Shown here piece by piece: positions 55,981 through 64,000 of a stretch of 64,000 nt of DNA (positions are counted from its first letter, which is position 1; each line of letters opens with the position of its first letter). The DNA lies in the NCBI RefSeq assembly GCF_009914755.1, contig NC_060938.1. One strand, written 5' to 3'. Origin of the DNA: the human T2T-CHM13v2.0 reference genome, Homo sapiens. The notes below the pieces were generated by a model. The model did no database searches. It had not been told where the DNA came from and saw only the letters and a list, made by a program, of their open reading frames with translations. Both the position numbers and the translations under genes were made by a program.

Positions 55981-56160
55981 CAGAAGCAGATCTTTGTTTT
56001 GTGGGCCCCTAAAACACATAATTTGGAGTGGTCTGTCTTTCCAAAAAAGAATACAAAATTACGAATACAAAATGAGGTTCAGGGCCTTTGGAAGAGGTCT
56101 GTGAAAATAAAGGGCTCTAAAGTTTAAGTTTCATTAGCCTCATATAAATCACCCTTTCTG
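55981..56160 (-). mobile_element. MER91-like hAT-Tip100 MITE
   Basis: AAGAATACAAAATTACGAATACAAAAT...CAGGGCCTTTGGAAG...TTCATTAGC. Confidence 0.7.
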
Positions 56161-56244
56161 TATCTGACCACTTAACTGAGGCATTAAGCAATCCTAAAAC
56201 CCAAACCAAATAAACACAAACTCACTAAAATGGGAACATCTAAC

Positions 56245-56450
56245 ATGAACCAAGCTCTGTACATAATACATTTCATACTCACAACGAACCTATCAGGTCG
56301 ATATTACCTTTCTCACTTTTACAAAAGCAGAAACTGAGACTCAGAAAATTTAGTAACTTGCTCACAAGCAGCTCACTATGCACAGTGAAGCTGAGATCCA
56401 AACCAAAGTCTGACAAACTAAATCTTGTGTTATTTCCATTATAATACTCT
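56245..56450 (-). mobile_element. MIR
   Basis: CTCACAACGAACCTAT...GAAACTGAGACTCAGAAAATTTAGTAACTTGCTCA. Confidence 0.75.
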
Positions 56451-57199
56451 CCCTTTAATGTTTCCCACAACATAAAGGGGTTAAGTTACTTTGGAGAACA
56501 CCCCTAGAAAATGGCTGGAAGTGTTCAGTTAGTACTTGACATTGACATGACTTAACTCACTTTGAGACCTTCACTAAAAATACTTCTCTAAAACTGTGTT
56601 TAAAAGGCATGAAAAAAAAACAAATGTATAACTGGGTTACCTTCCAATAAGTGACATAGATGAAGACAAGAGATCTTAAGGTCCAAAAGAAATGTAGTAA
56701 AAGAAATGTAATAAAAAAGAAAATAGAAGCAGAACCAGAAAATCCTGAAGGGAGGCTAGAATTATTACACAATCTTTCAGGGAAGAGTGTGGTTATGGAA
56801 GGACATACTGACGATATGGATCTTTCACAAATTAAATCCTCTTCCTACATGTCCAATATTCTTTTACCTGCCATTATGATAATATCAAATTTTAAAGATT
56901 GAAAAATAATGACAGTGGCTTATATATTATATTATTCTATTATATCCATACCCTGTATTTGCCAGTTTGATCTCTTTTAAAAAAAAGTCTCTTAGAAGTA
57001 TTCCTTCTTCCTCTTGAGGCCCCCAAAAGGTATATGCTGTGTCTTTATCTTTTCTTCATTTGCAGACTCTGTCACTGTGCTCTACAGATAGTGGCATTTC
57101 ACAGAGGTTTGTTGCCATGAAAGAAGGTGTTGATGAGTCGTTTTTGACAGTCCAACATTTTCTAACACAAAAGTAGATATGATGTGATTCCATCCTATT

Positions 57200-57487
57200 C
57201 ATTCAAAGACTTCAGAATAAAACTTTGTCATTTGGCTAGATCTAAGGCAAGAACTGATCAGATGTAGTTAGTATTTCCAGTCAACAAACTGCCATTGATG
57301 TTGAAATTACTTTAAAGACCTGTTGATTATGTGGTATTAGGGCCATTGTGACCTCGCTGTAGCTAAGATCAGTCCACTGCAGCAGGAGTTTCAAGAACAG
57401 CAGCACAAAAATAATGACTTAACTGGATAGAAAAAAAGGCACATATTTTCAGGAAGGCCTCTTTATTCTTAGAAGTTACCCTTCAAG
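57200..57487 (+). promoter_or_regulatory. CCDC196: Putative CCDC196 proximal promoter / 5'UTR (non-CpG-island)
   Basis: Unique sequence directly upstream of the ATG. Contains MYB-like CAAACTGCCA (57285), SOX-like CATTGT (57344) and TGACCTCG (57349). TSS cannot be determined from sequence. Confidence 0.45.
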
Positions 57488-57537
57488 ATGACAAGTGGTG
57501 CAAACTCTTCAGGATCTTACCTGCCCTCAGAAATAAG
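57488..57537 (+). CDS. CCDC196: CCDC196 coding exon 1 (MTSGANSSGSYLPSEI-R)
   Basis: AAGATGA start context with A at -3; donor AG|GTGAGT at 57538; phase 2. Confidence 0.9.
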
Positions 57538-57575
57538 GTGAGTCTTTGATGGAAAATGCTGAATAGAAAAGAGGG

Positions 57576-57607
<32 letters not shown>

Positions 57608-60600
57608 CTAAAGGCAGATATTATTGTGCCTCTTCCCACAGAAGTTCTAAAATAGATGACAACTACTTGAAGGAATTGAATGAGGACTTAAAGCTAAGGA
57701 AGCAGGAACTGCTAGAGATGCTCAAACCTCTAGAAGATAAAAACAACCTCTTATTTCAAAAGTTAATGTCTAACTTGGAGGAAAAACAAAGGAGGTACGG
57801 GCTCTTACTCTGGATTCCTAGAGGTAAAAAGGCTGGAGAACTTGATCTCCAAAGGACTGGCAATAATTACTTACAATTTTTTTTTTTGTTAATTACTAAA
57901 GGTTTGGACATTCAGCTGTAGCAGGCAAACAATTTGTAACTACCAAGTCAGGGTGACAACAAATCCTTTATTTTCTTTTAGTAAATTAAATATGACTCAG
58001 CCCTCATTTCGTGGGGCTAGTTATAACTCTTCCTCCCCAGGCTGCCCACCCAAGAAATAGTGAAACGCTTTTAATAGCATTAGTTTACCACGGTCACACA
58101 GATGCTTTCTTATGCATGATCACTTTAGAATAAATAACTCTGCTCTTTCTATGCCAAGCAGTGGAATGGCAGTATTTTCTAAGCCTAGGAGCCCTCTGAA
58201 TTAGGGCACAGCCTCTCTAAATATACTAGGCAGCTGAAGTCTTAACTCTTTACCAGAGCACTCACTGTACTTGGGACCCACAAACTCTGTTTCCTTTCTA
58301 GTCTCAGAACCTCTCTCCTCAGTGAGTCTATCTTTATTCTATACCCTTATCATAAGCATCTCAAAGGACTCATATTTTTGGAGAACAAAACGCAGGCAGA
58401 AAGTTGTGGTCAAGCACCAGCTGCTTACAACTCAGCAACAAGCACCAGCTGCTTACAACTCAGCAAAATAGACTTCTCTCAGAGCAAGAAAACACAAAGT
58501 CTTAGAATTGTGTTCTTCGCTTAGAACTGGGGAGAAAAAAGTACAAGAACACAAATATAAAATAATTTATGCCTTTAAGGAATATCCTCTCTCACAAGGA
58601 CTTGATTTTGATTTAGATTTTGTTAGAACTTCTTAATGGCTTGCATTCTCTGGGGCTATGAAAGGATATCAGTGACTTCCCCAATAGACTCAAATGTCCT
58701 CATAGGAAGAAGCAAGGAAGTGGGAGAAAGTGGACAGAGGACAGAGATGGGTTAGGAAATAACTCTGGGATTTATCCTAGAAGATAGCAGGTTCTTCAAC
58801 CTCTTCTTATAAAGGGGGCAGAATTACCCCTTCTTCTCCCAAAAGTCACACACTGCAACATTCTTCTGAGGGGGTGGAAAGGACTCTCCCTGGCTGTTGG
58901 AGACCTAAGTTTTAAGCATTAAAGAGCACAGAATTCATTCTAGAGCACATAGATAGGCAAATGTCAATTAGAAATGGAAACATCTTAGTTACAGAGATCT
59001 TCTATGACCAGAAGGGCTTCCATAACTCCTGATATTTCAGTCGCCATCTAACTTTCATGGTAGAGTACTTTCTGACTAGTTGCAGAACATCAGTATTACC
59101 CTTAAGGAGGTATGTATGTTTTATGATGCCTCTCTTTCTTCTAGTCTTCAGATCATGAGACAGATCATGGCAGGGAAGGGGTGTGAGGAATCCTCGGTCA
59201 TGGAGCTCCTTAAGGAAGCAGAGGAGATGAAACAGAACTTGGTAAGAAGTAGGAGGGACTCCAGGAACAGCCTCCTGAATAGGGCTCAATTCCATTGCAG
59301 TGTCAGATGTGGAGAGAAAGACAGAGTACTCATCTCTAGCATCTGATGCTCCAACACTCATATCTCCTTGATCTAGAAAGTCCAGGGTGACCCAAAAGGA
59401 GTCAGATGGAATGTTGGGAAGAACACGACTAGCAAGCAAAAATTCTATTCTTTGACTTTTAAAAACTTTTTATCTAGGGAATTAATGAATATAACCATAT
59501 TAACTCTTCACATTTCAGAAAGAATAGTAAAATATTTGCTATAAAGAATAGAAAATACCTATCAAAGTAAAAGAAAAGAAATAGTTTGCTCTGCAGGATT
59601 CTTACAAGATTTTCTTTCAATCAGCAATGTAAAGGATCTTAAAAATTAAAAATTAGTGGTCTAAGCCCCCAAGAAATGGCCACATAAGAGCATCTTAAGT
59701 GTTAGGAACTCATTTCTATAGATACTGTCTCACAATTATTATAATTAAAGTTATTACTTAAAACAATAACTTGGTTTTTTTTTTACCATCATCATCATCA
59801 AACATCTCTTATGCTCCTGGATTTGGGATTAGACCCATTCATTGCCTTCCTCTGTGGTTTACTATGTCCCTGGACCCTTTTTCCACTATTACTTAGTAAC
59901 TTCTTCCAAACCCACTTCAATGGCTGGACAAATACATGCTTCTGTTTGTTTGGTTCTTCCCCCTCCAACAGGAAAGGAAAAACAAGATGCTTCGGAAGGA
60001 AATGGAGATGCTATGGAACAAGGTGTGCCTCTAAGGATCTATTGAAAGTATTGTCCTACAGATCACAACGCAAAGAACCTCCCTTTCCTCTGGCCCCCAT
60101 CCTCATTGTTTCATGTCCTTGCTTCCACCCATGCCTCATTCCAATCCATTCTCTACACAGCAGCCAAGGTGATCTTTTTAAAACAATCAAAGCATGTTAC
60201 TCTTCTTATGAAAAACCTTTACAGCCACTAATTGTGGCATAATCTGGCTCTTGCCTATTCTCCAGTTTCCTCTCATAGATGTCCTTCCCTTGCTTTCTAT
60301 GCAACCATGCCACTGGCTTCTTGTGGTTTCTCAAACATGCCAAGCTTTTTCCTATCTCAAGGACTTTGCTCTTGCCTTCTCCACTGCCTGTAATGCTATT
60401 TTCTCATGGTTGGCTCATTCTCATCCTTCAGGTCTCAGCTTAAATGTCATCTCCTTAGAGAAGCCATCCTTGTTTGCTCCATCTAAAGTAGGGCATCCTC
60501 CTCCCCTTTTCTATTATATAACTCTGCTTATGTGCTCAATAGCACTGTTTATAATATAAAATTATTATTATTGTATTATTATTACTTTTTAAATTGTTTC

Positions 60601-63179
60601 TTGTTTCCCTGCCTCCTCCTGTATCTTCTCAAGCTCCTTCAATATCTTGATTGCTTTGTCCAAATCTATAGCTCCTAGCACAATGCTTGGAACATAGTAG
60701 AGAATCAATACATGTAAGTTGGATGAATAAACAAATGAATACCTAATTCCAATACCCTTATAATTTTACAGCAATCACCACATTGTTTAAGATAACAATA
60801 TTAGGGCCTTTTGCTGGGAAACCAGAGCCAGGGAGTAGGGGGAAGGGGACAGGGAATTCCTTTGTCCCTTGTCCGAGACTTTGTCCAAGACTAATCCCTT
60901 GGGACCCAAGTGCTTCTTTACAGACTATGCAACTAGAAGAGTAGACTGTGTCTTGTGATATAAACAGATATATAGTGTGATCTCTGTCTTTTTTTTTCAT
61001 CTGACTTTTCCACAAATAATCAGAATACCTTCAAGCCCTGCATCTTGTATTGAGATCTGCTCCAGGTTCTCGTGGGCAGTTACAAATTAGTTCTATGAAT
61101 TTCCAGAAGTTTTAGTTCCTGGGTTCTTGAGTCCTCGTAATAGGAAATGTGCCAGCACAATTCCTCTATCTAAATCCAGCTTCTACAGAGCTCTCAAAAG
61201 GGACATCTATACACTTAACCTGTGATCAACTTTCCCTACTCATATTTTAGAAGAACAGCATGCCTAGTGGTCAAGAACACAGGCTTCAGAATCAGAAAGA
61301 TCTGGTTCAAATTCCAACTCTGTACTTTCCTAGTTGTGTAACCCTAAACAAATAACCTCTCCAAGTCTCAGGTTTCTCATCTATAATATGGAAATAAAAA
61401 TGGTCCTCAAAGAATTGTGAGGATTAAATGAGAATGTCTGCAATACAGTACAGTAAGGAAAATAAGCAGAGTAATGCAGTAAGTAGCTTAGAGTAGTGAC
61501 TGGCTAAGGGTCCAGCTAATAGTTTTCATTCCTATAAGGTACACTCAAGGGACTGAATGAAAGGAAGGGCTCATTACATTCTCAACTCCCTTTGGTAGTA
61601 CACTTTTCATGCCAGGCCCTGAGAAGCTGCTGACTGGCAGGAACCAAAACCTTGACCCATATTGGTTTTCCACTTCCCTCTTTAATTTCCACTACTTTAA
61701 AGCTTTGCCAAAATGTCTTTCCACAGACATTCGAGGCAGAAGAACTTAGTGATCAACAAAAAGCACCACAGACAAAAAACAAGGCAGACTTGCAGGATGG
61801 AAAGGCAAGTGGACTGCATGTACTTAAAATTTCAAGATTGTCGATGTCACACAGCTGGAAACAGCCTGCTGACAATCAGGGCTAATTTGGGTAGGCAGAT
61901 AGGTAGGATCTGGGTTTTTAGGGTTTATTAGATTTATGGCCTGCTGAGACATTGCACTTCTTTCCTAGGACCTCTTATTCCTTTAGCTCTCTTCTTTCAT
62001 CCCAGGCTCCCAAATCCCCCTCATCACCTAGGAAGACTGAGAGTGAACTGGAGAAATCATTTGCAGAGAAAGTGAAGGAGATAAGGAAGGTAGTACAGCC
62101 ATTCTGAATGGCAGTGGCTTTTAGAGCTAGTAAACTAGAAATCTTTAATGTTGTAGTAATTTGCCTAAGGTATGGTGTGCTCTTGGACCAATGCCAATTT
62201 TTATAGATTTGGTTCCCTTGTGTTACTATATTTGAGTTAGAGTGATATCACAAGTTTCTGGGAAATCATATTACGAAAAAGTGAGAGAAGCTATACCAAC
62301 AATGATAACTCTGCAACAGCTAAATGATGTCAGAACTTCCGTTCATTTGTCTTTGAAAATGTATTCAGTGGTAGTATGCTGGTATCTCATCTTCCCATAA
62401 CCAACTCACCAACATAAAATAACCCTATTCATTAGCTTTTAGAGGATGGCTTGTACAGTTGAGGCCAATTAAGAGAATTGTGCAGTTAAAGTCAATTTAA
62501 TAGTAAATCTGCGACACTATAATTTTGCTATAAGGCTTTTGCAGCATATTGAGAAAACTGATTGCTGATCTCAATTTACTTTGTCACCCAGAGGCTCTTT
62601 CTTCCACCAGGAAAAGCAACAGAGGAAAATGGAATGGGTCAAGTATCAGGAACAAAATAACATCCTTCAGGTACTAAGATCTTCCAAGGCTGGATATAGG
62701 ATGCAATTTCATTCATATAATACAAAGGCTTTTAGCTGCATATTGTGAAGCCCAGTCCCCACATCCTAGATTACCGATTGCCCTGCTAAAACAAATGTAT
62801 CATAGAAAGATAGCTGAAGGGACCTATCTCTGAACTTGGAATAAATGGTATTTCTTCCTATATTCTTGATTTCGTTCTATTCTAAATGGGGAAAAATCAC
62901 AAATACTTTCTACCCAACTTTTAAAGACTGAGCATGATGGAATTACTTTTTAACTTCTGGGTAAAGAGGATTCAGGTAACAATGGATTCAGAGAAGCCAA
63001 TCCTATATGTGTAGTTTTGGAAAATATTCTCTTTCAGAATGATTTTCATGGCAAAGTGATTGAGCTGAGAATTGAAGCCTTGAAGAACTACCAGAAGGCC
63101 AATGACCTGAAATTATCACTGTATTTGCAGCAGAATTTTGAGCCAATGCAAGCATTTTTAAATCTTCCTGGGTCCCAAG
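57488..63179 (+). CDS. CCDC196: Coiled-coil domain-containing protein 196, coding exons 1-8 (partial; gene continues past the window). Join 57488-57537, 57642-57794, 59145-59241, 59972-60022, 61727-61804, 62006-62089, 62611-62670, 63038-63179
   Basis: Eight exons with AG acceptors and GT donors (one GC) splice into one open frame of 715 nt: MTSGANSSGSYLPSEIRSSKIDDNYLKELNEDLKLRKQELLEMLKPLEDKNNLLFQKLMSNLEEKQRSLQIMRQIMAGKGCEESSVMELLKEAEEMKQNLERKNKMLRKEMEMLWNKTFEAEELSDQQKAPQTKNKADLQDGKAPKSPSSPRKTESELEKSFAEKVKEIRKEKQQRKMEWVKYQEQNNILQNDFHGKVIELRIEALKNYQKANDLKLSLYLQQNFEPMQAFLNLPGSQ. Composition is E/K/L/Q-rich with heptads. An in-frame TAG at 57470 lies upstream of the ATG. The protein matches my memory of human CCDC196. 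Confidence 0.92.
57576..57599. repeat. (TC)12 in CCDC196 intron 1
   Basis: Perfect repeat. Confidence 0.95.
57642..57794 (+). CDS. CCDC196: CCDC196 coding exon 2 (153 nt)
   Basis: Acceptor CTCTTCCCACAG|, donor AG|GTACGG; lies within ORF 57556..57921. Confidence 0.92.
58411..58466. repeat. Perfect 28-bp tandem duplication
   Basis: CAAGCACCAGCTGCTTACAACTCAGCAA x2. Confidence 0.97.
59145..59241 (+). CDS. CCDC196: CCDC196 coding exon 3 (97 nt)
   Basis: Acceptor CTCTCTTTCTTCTAG|, donor TTG|GTAAGA; encodes SLQIMRQ...EMKQNL. Confidence 0.92.
59972..60022 (+). CDS. CCDC196: CCDC196 coding exon 4 (51 nt)
   Basis: Acceptor TTCCCCCTCCAACAG|, donor AAG|GTGTGC; encodes ERKNKMLRKEMEMLWNK. Confidence 0.9.
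60090..60740 (+). mobile_element. L2 3' portion in CCDC196 intron 4
   Basis: CCATTCTCTACACAGCAGCCAAGGTGATCTTTTTAAAAC...CAGGTCTCAGCTTAAATGTCATCTCC...GAATAAACAAATGAAT. Confidence 0.85.
61255..61450 (+). mobile_element. MIR
   Basis: TAGTGGTCAAGAACACAGGCTTCAGAATCAGAAAGATCTGGTTCAAATTCC...TTGTGAGGATTAAATGAG. Confidence 0.82.
61727..61804 (+). CDS. CCDC196: CCDC196 coding exon 5 (78 nt), GC donor
   Basis: Acceptor TCTTTCCACAG|, donor AAG|GCAAGT; encodes TFEAEELSDQQKAPQTKNKADLQDGK. Confidence 0.87.
62006..62089 (+). CDS. CCDC196: CCDC196 coding exon 6 (84 nt)
   Basis: Acceptor CTTCTTTCATCCCAG|, donor AAG|GTAGTA; encodes APKSPSSPRK...KEIRK. Confidence 0.9.
62611..62670 (+). CDS. CCDC196: CCDC196 coding exon 7 (60 nt)
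   Basis: Acceptor CTTTCTTCCACCAG|, donor CAG|GTACTA; encodes EKQQRKMEWVKYQEQNNILQ. Confidence 0.9.
63038..63179 (+). CDS. CCDC196: CCDC196 coding exon 8 (142 nt)
   Basis: Acceptor TTCTCTTTCAG|, donor AAG|GTAGGT; encodes NDFHGKVIELRIEALKNY...LPGSQ; ends in phase 1. Confidence 0.9.
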
Positions 63180-63258
63180 GTAGGTAGAATATCCCAGGTA
63201 CACAGTTTGAGGTTTTGTTTTGTTTATTTTATATTGGAGACCTTTACTTGTAAAGTGA

Positions 63259-63625
<367 letters not shown>

Positions 63626-64000
63626 TATCATCATTTTTATGACTCAGAAGCTTCTTTACTAAGGCAAAGATTCTCTCTGGGAGAACTGTTTTCCTTTGTA
63701 AAGATAAAGTAATATATTACATACTTAGCATATGTAGCTGATATATAGCTAGCACTCAATAAAATATGTTTCCTTTCCACCTCATCCCCTTTTCTAGGAA
63801 TTAGAATTGTTTAATCTTATTAATCTTGCTGGAATAGACTCTGCTACTTCAAAGCAGAAGGCCAAGGAGACAGACATCTGACAAAGGTTGTGAATTTTGT
63901 CAATCCAGTTGTCCCTCTGAGAGTTTCAGCGATTTCCCCACAGAATTTACGGCAATATTAGAGAAAATAATATAGTTCATTTAAAAAATAGAATATAGAG

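Noticed and set aside
56660-56902. 80-aa K/E-rich ORF upstream of CCDC196 as an extra coding exon
   Set aside because: An in-frame stop precedes the CCDC196 ATG, there is no convincing donor, and the composition follows from an A-rich tract.
57111-57124. RFX X-box-like GTTGCCATGAAAG
   Set aside because: Only half the palindrome is present, and it lies in a probable L2 tail remnant.
59002-59439. 145-aa antisense ORF (also 63003-63428)
   Set aside because: These are shadows of CCDC196 exons plus intron or Alu sequence.

Overview
Human (primate) genomic DNA, AT-rich, with no CpG island. The last ~6.5 kb holds the first eight coding exons of a plus-strand coiled-coil gene. I reconstructed it by hand (57488-63179; 238 codons, MTSGANSSGSYLPSEIRSSKIDDNYLKELNEDLKLRKQELLEML...LNLPGSQ) and recognise it from memory as CCDC196 (formerly C14orf53/LINC00238, 14q23.3, near GPHN). 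The gene runs off the window, and intron 5 has a GC donor. The upstream 57 kb has no host gene I can support and is mostly nested transposable elements: a near full-length Tigger1, old L1M/L1MA/L1MB/L1PB pieces, a MER4A1-type provirus with both LTRs and a tRNA-Arg PBS, an MLT2A1 solo LTR, a 5'-truncated L1PA whose ORF2 C-terminus is still open, about nine Alus, and L2, MIR, MLT1 and hAT elements. I found no clearly new biological system. The best leads are: an intact sense-strand MLT2A1 promoter and splice donor that could drive an embryonic CCDC196 or lncRNA transcript; a ~125-bp cluster of nested inverted and tandem copies that looks like a template-switching scar; a flank-ATG/L1 ORF2 C-terminal fusion ORF; and the splicing architecture of CCDC196. 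Repeat subfamily names come from recalled consensus sequences, not from a search.
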